DNA of 62,871 nt, counting the filler, from Platydemus manokwari (lineage: Eukaryota): the NCBI GenBank assembly GCA_037951405.1. It is 5 parts of 5 records of this genome, joined end to end, with 100 filler letters (N's around TTAATTAATTAA, not from the genome) between each part and the next. Parts side by side here need not be neighbours in the genome. Positions count along the whole stretch, not along the records: positions 10,058 to 20,802 come from JBBMOY011108775.1; positions 20,903 to 40,415 come from JBBMOY011900275.1; 3 more parts are not named here. One strand, written 5' to 3'. Shown piece by piece: positions 13,661 through 25,870 of this stretch. Position 1 is the stretch's first letter, and each line of letters begins with the position of its first letter. Made by a program: the position numbers and the translations under genes. The notes below the pieces were generated by a model, which was not told the DNA's origin, made no database searches, and saw only the letters and a list, made by a program, of their open reading frames with translations.

Positions 13661-14989
13661 CAGTGAGTATGAGTTTTGATGATTTCACATAAATAAATAC
13701 ACAAATAATGTTGGTCGGTTTGAAGATGCGATAATTATATATATGTATATTTTATATTTTCAGTTTTTCGTTTGTCTTTATATTTATATACATTTAGCCA
13801 CAGCTGAATATGCATAAGATTAGCAAACTATGTAAAGATTAGAGAAATAAAATGTTGTTTTAATTTGCATTCCGATTTGATTGTACTGTGCTTTCATTCA
13901 TCAATAAATACAAGCAGTACAAATATATGGGGAGTTATTATTTCATGATTTGAGAAATTCCAATTGAGTTTTTGTATTTATTGATTGGTAGTGAGCGGTG
14001 ATTTTGCTTTTCTGCGTATCATCTCTTCTGTTGTGAAATAATCATTGATGTTCATTGAACTCGCTTTTCATGATCCATATATTAATGAACATAAGCCTAT
14101 TTTCAGTATACATGTATATCATACCATCAATGAGATCTCGAACTCATTCTCATATGTTCGGTTTGCTAATAAGTATACCAAATTAAGAGGACATGTTAAT
14201 AATGAAGTATTTATATAATCTGAATGTCATGAATAGAATCAATACATATAACAAAACGTTTTATGAACAATTTCATAGACAAGTTTCAGAAAATTCGTTC
14301 AAGAAAAACCAACTTGTACTATTATAATTTTCTCCAAAATTACACTGTATTACTTTTGATAAAAATTATCAAGCATAAACCAGTAATGTTTTTTCATCTC
14401 AAATCTTACTTTACAAGGATTTATTTAACTAGATAAAAGAAACTTTTATCGAATTGTTGTGACACCATTTATTTATCATGTATTTTATCATGTATTCCAA
14501 CATAGGTTCGACAGAACTCAATATATGTAAGGGCAAATTAAGATTCCTATTCAAATTCTACACGAATGTGTCAATTTTCATAAATTATTTCATAAATCCT
14601 GACTGGGTGCTTATTCATTACGATAGCAAGTCTGAATAGGAAAACCCTTTGTTATGCATTTTTCATGTGTGTAATTTGTTGTTAAAATAAGAGGGTGTGT
14701 GTTTTACTGTGTCTGAAAAGGTTTAATATTTAAAAAATTAATAAATTTATCATAAATACGTACAATTTCTTCAAATAATAAATGAAAAGTTGGGTAACAA
14801 TCCCCACATCGTAATAATAATTCTTTGTGTTGGGATTATATTAATATAAATCGGTTAGTGCTCTACTTAGATGGTGAAGAGAGCGACGATGAAAAATTTC
14901 CCAGCTTCATTAGCTCACGTGATATCAACAGAAGAACAAAATATCTGAGATTCAACCCGATTCAAACAACACAAATAAAACCTCATACA

Positions 14990-15210
14990 TAAGAGAAACA
15001 ATTTCCAAACGGTATGGAATTTAAGAAACCAATAGAGACTCATATGACTCCCGATGGCAGTGGCCCAGCCACAAAAAGTACTGGGATGAAAAGAAAAAGA
15101 CATGAAGAAAGAAGAGCTGAAGCACAGATTTGGACCTTCGAGATCAGCGGAGAATTCCACTACTGCAAATCTGCGAATTTCAAAAACCCTAGAAAGATTC
15201 GAGATCTCAA
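14990..15210 (+). mobile_element. Retrotransposon gag-like remnant
   Basis: KYWDEKKKT* then (frameshift) KEELKHRFGPSRS, resembling the gag motif W..LK..L..RF.P. Confidence 0.35.
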
Positions 15211-16899
15211 TATTTGACAAAAAATTTGTGAAAATTTGGTTTGGACTCTTTTGGAATCTTTATTTGATTATTTTATCTTTGTAATCATTTGGAAAAAATT
15301 AACGATTGATTTGATTAATTTGTGTGATTATTTGTAAAAATGAAAAAAAATTATTATTATTTATATATAATTACGCATGAATTTAAACAAAATAAATATT
15401 TTAGGAAAGTAAGATAATTCAATCAAATAAAAGAAGAAGGAACAAAAAAAAATTAATCAATAACTTTGAAGGTTAATAAGTTATATAATAAAATTGATAA
15501 TTTCCGTAAAAATTTATGGATTTTTAAAGTTAAAGAACTTTAAAAATCATTAATCATATGGTTCAAGGCATCGAAAATTTAAATAATTTGAGAACGCTGG
15601 AAAAATCTTGTACACCGTGCCGAAATTCAGCAACTATATAAGTTGAGGGAGTTTCAACACAAATCCATCTCACAGAACTTGGTATTAAAAATACAAGTGA
15701 AATGTACATGGACAACAAAATCTAGCAAAAATTTCGTGATCTATAATAACAAAGCAAAATATATAACTACTTTACGGATCGACTGTAAAAGATTTTGATT
15801 AACATTTTTCACATTAATTAAATAAGTAAAGCGCCAAAAGGATGGCACCCTTTTGGATATCAAATGATATCTAAATTCGTCATGGAAACTAAGGATGTTC
15901 TTGTACTAAAGGCAAGATAATCATACCAATTCATTGCAAAATTTAATTGACTGAGTTAAATTGCACGTGATTATGAAAAATAAATCTTAGATAAAATAAA
16001 ACTTCGTCAATATACAATATAGAAATCACATTGTTGAGCTGTTTAAATCAACACATAGAACATCGACTACAACCCAACAGTTGGAAAAACAAAATTTCAG
16101 TCACAAGAAAATAAAGACAATGAGCACAATTTGTATATGGACAAAAAAAGATAAAACAAATAGATAATAAAATTCAAAAATATAAAAGTAATAATTATCA
16201 AAACTAAAAAAGGGAAGATAAACAAAATAAATATAAATAACAGTGTATTAAATAAAAAAACACTCTCTACTGTGTTACAAAAAATGATTATTCTTCATTA
16301 TAGAAGAAGTGATGTTATTGAGCGAAAAAAATCGATTTAATATAATTTCATTAACAGAAACTAGAGCTCAATTGATTTTTGGACGCCGATCAAAATTATG
16401 AAAAAAGGATTTATTATTTCACAAGAAAAAATCGAAACCATTTGATCTGATCTACTGACACTGTGACGACGACAATCGCTTGCAAAAATTCCAATCCTAC
16501 CACCCAAAAACTGAATCGCGAAGAAATATATTTTTGCTATTAATTGCTTTTAAGAATATCAAATGAATATCTTCAATTAAGCTTTTTCTAACAATCTTTA
16601 ACTCGGATAAAATAAAACTAAAGATTTATATTAACTAATGAATTAAACGATAAATATCATGAACCTAGCGACAGCTTGTGACTACGAAGACATTAAATCT
16701 AACAACCTTAAAAACGTGAAGGAAATTTAATGCTCTTGCAGATATATACAGAACTTCTAACACTTATCATTGTCCTTGCCAAATTAGAACCCATCGTTAT
16801 AAAAATCCCTGCTATTTGTCTATTCCTATCATATACTTATCTATTGTATTTCGAACTGTAGTTGTACGGCACTAATATTTACTCCACTCTGAAGATTCC

Positions 16900-17850
16900 T
16901 CAGTTTCCTTCATTTCCATTATGTCATTATTGTTTGAGGGTACCAGGAAAATGTCAGATGGCGATATTTTAATCCAATTCAAACCACTCAGTTGGCTGAA
17001 TACTACTGGAACTGTGAACAACAACAAAAGAGTGGGTAGAGCCTGATGATTGGGAATTAAGGAAGCAACTGAATTCTTTTAAAATCGGTTTAAAACATCA
17101 ATGACTTTTGAAATGAATGAATATGTGATCATCCAACCAAGGGAACGTAAAATGATTACAAATATTTTTCTCATTGACCTTCATTTTTCTTATCTAACTA
17201 TATGGGGCAGTAGCAATCAATTCAATCTCCTTTGTCAATGCCTAAATCACAATTAGAGGCTGAATAAAATACTTACGTTTGGAAGGAAATTTATTCTTCA
17301 AGTTAGATTAAATTGCCTACTAACTAAGGCTGGAATTCAAAACAGTGAATGTCGACTGTCCACAAAAAAGATGAAACAATAATTCATGTCCTCCAAGCAT
17401 GTAGATGTAACAATAGTCTTATCGCACAGTGACATGTTTAATGCCTCAATATTATGTACCAAATGTTCGAAAACCCCTGTGGATAGTCAGTATTATCGAG
17501 ACTGTACCATATCTTATAGATTCTCAGTTCATTTCCGACCAGAGAATGAATAATAACTTAGAGAACGCAATGACCAGAAAAACTTTTTAAATGACATAAA
17601 ACTGTCTATTGACATGCAGAAAAATATGGTGAATAGCATAAAGAAAAGCACGGAGCATTTAAAGCATAAATTTATAGTTCAAACAATAGTGATCAGATCA
17701 TTCGGTAAAATAAAGTAATCAACGAAAGAAGTTCTGAATGAATTTGAAATTCCTAAGCATATAATAAAAGAAGTATCCTCAAGCTTGTCTATATGAAGCA
17801 TTAGATTATCAGTAAGAATTTGGCACTATCATAATTCGAAAGTGCTTGTC
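16900..17850 (+). mobile_element. Degenerate non-LTR retrotransposon 3' portion with restriction-like endonuclease (R2/NeSL/R4-type clade)
   Basis: KFILQVRLNCLLTK (R.N.LPT-like motif); zinc knuckle ECRL/frameshift/DETIIHVLQAC..*H (TGA in place of the Arg of the RH motif); FRPE (PD motif); IVIRSFGKI..TKEVLNEFEIP..SIRLSVRIWHYH typical of an RLE C-terminus. Many stops and frameshifts; 5' boundary approximate. Confidence 0.7.
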
Positions 17851-18299
17851 AATTTCAATGATTTTTATTGGAATGTAGGGCTGTCAAATGAATATCTTTA
17901 ATACCGAGCTGGATATGAAGTTGTTCTCCAAGCGGATACCTTGGTGTAAAATACCTTTGTGCAAATTTGATACATAGTTTTTATTCAGAATAATCATTCG
18001 AGGAGGACTCTCTGGGAAAGGATCGGACAAATACGAACATTCTGTTCGGAATTCGATTCAATTTATCAATAATTCTTCAATTTATGTCAAATGTCTGGGC
18101 TCCGGTCTGACTTTAGGGAGGAGCCCTCGGCCATACTCACAAAAATCATTTCTCTCAGATTAATCACATTCTGTCTGCCATGATAGGTATCAACCGTCAC
18201 TCATCACAAAACTATCAACAGAATGCTATAAGCTATTGATCCGTCTCCGAAATCTCCGAATAAAAAAAATCAATGACGTTCGAAAATGAAGTACACTAT

Positions 18300-18760
18300 T
18301 TCAGTTAATTCGTCAAACAAACCCATTCAATCACAGAGATCACAGTCATCATCGTTATAACCTCACCTATAAAATTATCATTCACTTCGACTTAGAAAAT
18401 TTTATTCAACTTCAATGACGTTCCGTCTACCTGAACTTTAGGATGAGCTTCCGATATTTGTGTCTATTATTTATATTATTCGGTCGAGCAACCCCCAAAA
18501 ATCGCAGTGTCTACAATTCGCAACTTATCATTTGCATTCAAACCATCTCAGTGGTCAACTTTTCATCAGAAAAATTTCCCGCTCGTCTTCGACTCACCCA
18601 AACTCAGCTCGTAATCCCAATGATTTTAATTTTTTTTATTTGGCCAAAGAAAGACTCATTAAGCAGTCCCTTTCCCCACCCTGGATGCATCCTAACTATA
18701 TGCATACTCCGTGTAGGCTGATAATGAACTGGTGCCTCAACTGACTCTGAAATTATTCAT
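18300..18760 (-). mobile_element. Possible Ty3/gypsy gag-protease remnant
   Basis: - strand QLRHQFIISL, then RWFECK**VANC (degenerate knuckle), then QVDGTSLKL; heavily mutated. Confidence 0.3.
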
Positions 18761-20568
18761 TTCAGAAAGTTATTCGATCCCGAGCCAAAGGCCCTTAATC
18801 TTATACCAGTATTCCAATTCAACTGAATCATATTCTCATAATATTTCAATGACATGTACCTTATTGATTATTAAATGTAAAACTATGTTTGTTTATGAAA
18901 ATATTTTTGAAATAAAGCATTGCAAACGAATTGAAAAGTCACTGAAAATTTCATTTAACTCCAATTAGTTAAACAAATTAATTTTTTTTAATATAAAACG
19001 GGTTATTTAAAAAAGAACATCATCGTTTTTAAATCATCACAGTATTTGTATTCAATTGTTAATTATTATTAATCGGTTGGTAAAATTCAATTATATTTTA
19101 TTGAATTATCGAATTATTTATTGATATTGATTTACAATGAACAAAAAAATTATTTCATATCAATCTTTGGAGTAAGATGGACACAAAGCTATGGTACGAA
19201 TTTAAAACAATATTTTTTTTAGAGAAAGAGGTAATATCTTCCTTTTCATTTGAAATCTTTAACATATATTTCCAGTTTTTTATATGTAACAGATATTATC
19301 ACAGATAAGAAAGGCATTTTCGATACGAAAATTATCTTTGTAGAAGGAAATCTTTCGAAAAAGAAAAATATGCACAAGGGCATTTTTCAAATGATTTTGA
19401 AAATTTTCCTCCTTTCCAAGATAAAGCATAAGGCACCAGATTTACTCGTCACGATTTTTCTGGAATATTTAGAAAAGATAGTTGGATTTTATAGATTATT
19501 GTTTAGCATCTTTGACAATTTGTATTCACTTCATTATAACAAGTTCCTTTATAATATGGCCGCCGAATAATATATATATATCAGGTATCATTGATCAAAA
19601 ACATTTGATGGAGTTGAATATGATGAAGAAAACTATCATTCTTGGAGTTAAAATTCTAACATTGAAATCTGATTGTATTGCCGGTGATTTTTTTTAATTA
19701 CGAACGATTCTACCTCAAAGATAAAATTATAATTTAAAATATATTTAGGAATATGAGAATTATTATAATTTTTTTAGTAAATACTGCAAAGTATTATGTC
19801 ACTACTTGAAAGCCTATCAGCGTACCTATATATGGAAATATTAATATGGTGACTCAATTTTCCGAAATGGCATCAGGAATACATTTTTAAGAAGTCATAC
19901 ATTCTTGAATTTCACATTATGAAACTTTTGCTCCAGATTATCTAATTGTTTTATAATCAATAATATATAGTAATCTGGAGCTCTATTCCTTTTACGATAA
20001 AATCCAAAATACAACAAAAAATAAATATTTTAAATATCAAAATCGATAATAACGGGGTCGAATTTAGCAAAATCAACAGTCAAATGATGGCAACATAATT
20101 TTGATATGAAGTAATTGTTAGATATTCTAATGATAAGTTTAATTTTCAAAACATTATTGATTGTCACCATATCAATGATATCAATAAACAAAATTAAATT
20201 TTATAAATAACTTTAAAAAATTCCAAAACCTTTTGTTCAGATTGAATTCAGAAAATATCCACTCGACTTCTACAGAGAAATAAATAATTAAGCCGAGTAA
20301 GAAATGAAGTTAATTTTCATAAGATCACATTAAACGAACGAAAAAATATTTTGATAAAGAACGTTTTATTTAAAAAAAATTCTGAATAGATAATTTTGAT
20401 TTCCTTTATCAATATAGTTAGCTGTAATAGGCTGCTATTCGACTGGAAATCCTTCATTAATCAAGATTATCAAACATTTTCTTTATAAAACAGACAATAA
20501 AGCTTGAACACAAAGAAAATCAATGCAAATGTTTTTCAAAACATGCCTTTATTACATCATATTATTCT

Positions 20569-20802
20569 TTAAAAGTGTTCACTTATTTCTCTCAATAACA
20601 TTTCCCTACTCTTATCAACATTCCAATTGAATATCGATAACTTCTCCACACATTTCCTTAACACGAATCCTTCATTCACCAATATATTCACTTTCATATC
20701 TAATTCCGGAAACTCATTTCGTCCTCCACCATAAATCGATGTCCAATATCTGGCAGTCAAATCATAAAGATCTTTATTATTTTTATATTGAGCTCCAATA
20801 TA
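20569..20802 (-). CDS. UBE2K: Ubiquitin-conjugating enzyme E2 K-like (end of UBC domain + UBA), 5'-partial at gap
   Basis: YIGAQYKNNKDLYDLTARYWTSIYGG..KVNILVNEGF..VEKLSIFNWNVDKSREMLL matches the UBE2K/Ubc1 pattern A.QYK.N...F..TAR.W...YAG plus a UBA ending W.V..A.E.LL. Confidence 0.8.
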   Translation of the reverse strand, partial: YIGAQYKNNKDLYDLTARYWTSIYGGGRNEFPELDMKVNILVNEGFVLRKCVEKLSIFNWNVDKSREMLLREISEHF

Positions 20803-20902
20803 NNNNNNNNNNNNNNNNNNNNNNNNNNNNNNNNNNNNNNNNNNNNTTAATTAATTAANNNNNNNNNNNNNNNNNNNNNNNNNNNNNNNNNNNNNNNNNN
20901 NN
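20803..20902. other. Assembly gap with artificial stop-linker
   Basis: N44-TTAATTAATTAA-N44. Confidence 0.97.
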
Positions 20903-21994
20903 AGTCTATAACTTTCAACTGTTTGTTAACATCCCGTATATTTGCTTTATATCCATTTATTGATTTTATTAGTTTGTTTTAATTTCAATTCGTGACATAT
21001 TTTGATCACGTAAATTTCACCACCTTTTTTGTTTTTTAATTTGTTAAATTAATAAAAGGGTGGACAATATCACATGTTTATGGATCAAGAGTAAAATATG
21101 GATTATCATTCACAAAGTATTATTAAATAACAACGCTACATTTGATTGATATATTTTAATTAAGATCTAAATAAAAAATAACTAAAAATTAACTGTTAGC
21201 AACATTTATAGTTTTGCTCACAATAGATTATGGAAATTTGATTTTTAGAATATTTGATTAAATTCATGTTTTTGAATTGGAATTGAATTGAATTGTTGGA
21301 TATAAATTAGTGAAGATTAAAGGAATCAGAATCAAGGATTGTGAATCTGATTTTAAAGCTGTTTAATTGAAAATAATTGTTGATTATGGAAAGTACTGTT
21401 GATGTGCTTATTGTTATTTATTTGTTTGATTGAGATTGAATTATTAATATGGGTGGGTTTTGGATGATTGTGTAATTTTATTTATGGATAGATGTTCTCT
21501 CATCAGAATTACCATTTACAAAATACGTTAAATTTTAACTTATACTTGACGAACATATTATAAAAATTTTTAGACTCAAGGTCAGAATAGAAAGTATAGT
21601 TTTCTAATCGTAATCCAAAGTGCACTCTAGCTTGAGTATAAACTTATCTTTGAGTAAAATTTGAATGTAATTTGTAATTATTTTGTGTTCTTGGCCAAAT
21701 AAAGAGCTTAATTTAAAATTAGCACAAAAAATATAACTTCAATATATTCTAATCATATGATATATTGCACCAGCAATCTGAATCGAAGTTTGAAATAATA
21801 TGAATACATAAATTTGAGAAGATTAAGGATATTTAATTTAAGAAAAATACTGTAAAGTGGATTATGGAAGATTATAATTATAAAGATTATGATTATTAAG
21901 AAGATTAAAATTATAATAACTTGATCTTAAAAAGATTGAAATTATTTTTACCTTATGAAAATCCACTATTGTTTTAATTTCTCATTTAAATTAA

Positions 21995-22016
21995 GTTTCC
22001 ATGGTTATTTAGCAAC
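21995..22016. promoter_or_regulatory. Overlapping RFX X-box-like sites
   Basis: GTTTCCATGGTTAT overlaps GTTATTTAGCAAC (consensus GTYNCY-AT-RGNAAC), 11 nt before the ATG of a ciliary gene homolog. Confidence 0.65.
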
Positions 22017-22027
22017 CTCATTTTAAA

Positions 22028-22536
22028 ATGGCTGCAGAGAAGAAAAAGGAAGATGAAGTTGGATTTAATTTTACTGCTCGTGACCAAATCTGGTAAAACT
22101 TTTTTCATTATTGTGTTGCTATCCATATTTATTCAGGAAAGATCATTGTACCTTAGAACAGAAGAAAGCAGAAAATTGGGAACACAACTGGAGTTTCCTT
22201 AAAGTTCCTTATCGTGAAGTAAATAATTGATTTGTTTTAATAATAATTTTTACATATCCTCGATTAAAGATTATTAAAGATGAGATGGACAACTTGGTAG
22301 ACAAAAATAGACCAAAGGCTGAATTACCCGCTCACATGCAAGTCCAACCAGCTTCACCTAAAAGCAAATATATATCTATTAAGCCTTCACATTCAACCTA
22401 TCCAAAAACCACAAGTGGTGAAGTTGGATGGCGATCATCTCATAAAGATTTACAATTAGAATTATTCGGACACTCAAGATTTGCCAAAGGAAGCATTCTG
22501 AAGCAGTTGAATTGGCCATTCGAAGCGATGGGATAA
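22028..22536 (+). CDS. CIMIP1: C20orf85/CIMIP1 (LLC1 family) ciliary microtubule inner protein homolog, 137 aa; exons 22028-22092, 22137-22218, 22270-22536
   Basis: MAAEKKKEDEVGFNFTARDQIWKDHCTLEQKKAENWEHNWSFLKVPYREIIK..PKAELP..PKTTSGEVGWRS..KGSILKQLNWP matches family motifs D.IWK, NW..NW.FL, P.TT.G..GWRS and L.WP; GT-AG introns of 44 and 51 nt. Confidence 0.85.
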
Positions 22537-25500
22537 AATTTGATTGTGATGAAATTGCACGAACTCTTTGCCAAAATGAATTTTCTTATTTTTTCTCTTG
22601 TCTTTTACTATTTTTCATTAAATTGATTTTGTGCACATTTGCTTTTCTCTCATTATTGAATCACACTCAATATCTAATTACTATCATTTCACTAAACGCT
22701 TGATTTCACACTCCATTCAATCTAGATCATTATATAAAATATAAAATGTCTTTGTCGTTTAAAATTTCAGTCCATTTTTCGAATATAATTAGTTTCTCAG
22801 AAAGTATTCTCAATTCCTAACTTTTCGATATAATTTTTGATATATTTTGATTCCCAAGGTTTTGATATAATCATGTGAATTAAGTAACTTTTTAATGCCG
22901 AATTTTTTTGACGATTAAGACGAAGCATTTACAAATGACTGGTTTCATATCATAATATTGAGTCGAGTTTTATTAGAAAATATTATGTCAACAATCTCAA
23001 TAGTAGCTACTTCTCTAAAAAGTGAGGGTACAGCCGAAGAAGTCATTTCTACAATTTTCTTAACTTAACATTTTTTAAACAAATTTCCAGAGATCTTTGT
23101 TTTTTGCTAATCTTAATCAGGGATATATATTATATATAAATTATTAAAATTATTTAATATTAAATTTTTAATTGTTTAATAAAATCCCAAAATATTTTTT
23201 TTAATTTTTGATATTATTATTGAATTATAAAACTGTTTATTAAAATTATTTTATTAAATTATTATTAAATTATTATTAAATTATTATTGAATTTGTTCAT
23301 TTTAATTTTCCTCACAAACAACGTTTTTATTTCTGTCACTTATTTAAATTTCAGATTAACTTGATCCCTTTCCCTTAACGTTTTATGTAATTTATCTTTC
23401 CCTTTGACAGTGACAAAATATTGTATTCTTGAGGGGCAGGTCGTTTAAAGAAATGTTTCCTAATATATTCAAGATGTCACTGTTATATGCATATAGGGTT
23501 TATATTTAAAATAATAGTTTAAAAATAAATAACTAATTCAATTGACTATTAAATTAAATTGCAAAATAATATGAAACTTTCAATTACTTAGAGTGTCCTG
23601 TGAACACCATTTAATATAAGGAGTAAGGGAAAGTTGGAAGATTTGAGACTTAGTAATTTCAAATAAATATTAAGGTTGTGGAAATAGCTGTGGCTTTATA
23701 ATAAAGATTATTATATTGATTAGAACACAAATTCTGGAATTTCATGCCTTCCTACTAAATATATATAAAACGTGGATATATTGTTTCCATTAATAATAAA
23801 CTAAATATGGTCCAAATCTTTTACGGTTTAAAATGTAGAAATAAATATTTTCTTCACATCAAAATGTATAAAGGTTTGGACGAGATTTATTCTATAAAAT
23901 AATCGGCTGAGAATGTGATGTTATAGTATCAGATTTTTTCTAGACGACTTAAGTGGTAGTCAATTCCTATATTATTATCCGATGTTAATGATCACCATCC
24001 TACCTTCCTTGATTGGTGACACACACATTACCACTATTGTATTCATTCTTCTTTTCAGTATCCTGTATTAATAATTTTGTGTACCTTCTTTTGTATTAGT
24101 TTTTTTCTTGTTCTATTTTCTGTTAACATAAGTTTCCCTTTTATTCATGTTTCCTGTCATAACTCACAATGATTTATGACATTTCGCTTCTATTTCTGTT
24201 CATTTATAGGATTTTGAAAAGCTTTGTCAGTTTTAAATAATTTTTATTAATAAGAAATAATTAGAATTTTAAATTTTTATTTTCTGTATTTTTATTAACA
24301 AAGATTAAATGCCCTAATCACGAAAAACCCTTGCTTAGATTGTTTTAAAATGTGTGATATTATGCCTTATAATCCCAATCAGATTCCTTATTATGTGAAA
24401 CAATATTAAATGAAAATAGAAGTTATTATAAAATGAGGGATAAGTTTAGAAAAACGATTATAATTAAAAATTATTTAATCCTATAAACATGAATTTGGAT
24501 TTTATTTTATTCGATATTTTAATTTAAGAGTCAACTAAAAGAAAAAGATACAAAAACCCAATTTTAATTTTAAAAAGATTAAAGAAAAAATCTCAATCAT
24601 CTTTTAGACCCGTAAATGAATGTTGAATATAAATTGTTTGAATGGTTTGATTTAATAGATTTTGTGGGTTGAAAATATTAATTCATTATCAATTTGAATT
24701 TAATCATGTACTAGCTAATAAATCACCGAGAAATCGATGTCAAAGAAGATAGCTTATATACAGAATACCTAACATAGATGTATATATTAATAGAATATGT
24801 ATATCCCCCATTACAGTAGTTACCAATAAATAAATAACAGTTGGCTTCTTTAATAATTAAATAAGGCCTCTTTTTCTTGTAGTAATTTCTTTCTTATCTT
24901 ATCTCCGTGGTATCAATAGTTTCATTGAAATGTTTTGTTATGTGTTTGATTATCTCTGCGTGGGTGTAGTAATAGGCGTTCTCTGGTTTCTCCAATTTAA
25001 TCATGTTTCCTCCTTCGTTATTTATTTAAATGAGAAACTGTTTCTTTCCTTTGTTGTTATATTTTGATTTTATTTTTTAATTATTGTCGTTTTAATTTTA
25101 CTGGCATTGTATTTATTATTATTTTTATTATTATTGTCCTAATTTGCTTCGATCCTTTACAAAACTTAATTTTCAAAAAAGAAATTACACTAGAAATCAT
25201 TTTCGACAAAATCACCACTGAACTTCAAAGGCAGTAAAAAGGTTTTCATAAACATACTTACAAATAACTAATTGATAAAATTCTCAATAATACTTTATTA
25301 AACAAGTTTGTTTCAACAATAGACTGAATTAAACTAAGCTGTTACCTTGGTTACTATAGATTACTGTCTTGTGAACTGTTGAAAGATATTCATTATTATT
25401 ATTGACTATGAGCCATGAAGTACATCCTCAACAATTGTTTTGGCATTACTATTTGATAAAACTATTAGAGTTTTGATTTGAGTTGTCAAGAATTGTAATT

Positions 25501-25870
25501 TTTCAGTTAACATAGCAGATGCAGCTAACGCAATTGTTAGATCGATTTACAGTAGTGTGATCAATCGTATAAATAGAAATCCAACAAAAAATTATTTTAT
25601 TATAGAGTATCATCGATAATCTATCTCTTCACTTTCCACCTCAACCACACCAACATTAACAAAAAACATCAATACATTGACAATTTTATTTAAATTTTTT
25701 TACTTAAAATTCTTGTTAGCAGATTAAATAACTGGAGTTAAAATATTTTAATTTCCAATATGATGAAACTAAAAATTAAAATAATGAAAACCGAATTTAA
25801 AAACATTTTAAAACACATAAAATTATGAGAAACAATCATAGAAAAATCTGAGCCAAAATAATTCAAAAAT

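Noticed and set aside
19138-19960. Possible decayed gene with a 45-nt intron-like segment (19231-19275) and ORFs 19250-19570 and 19482-19697
   Set aside because: Stops in every frame and no recognisable family.
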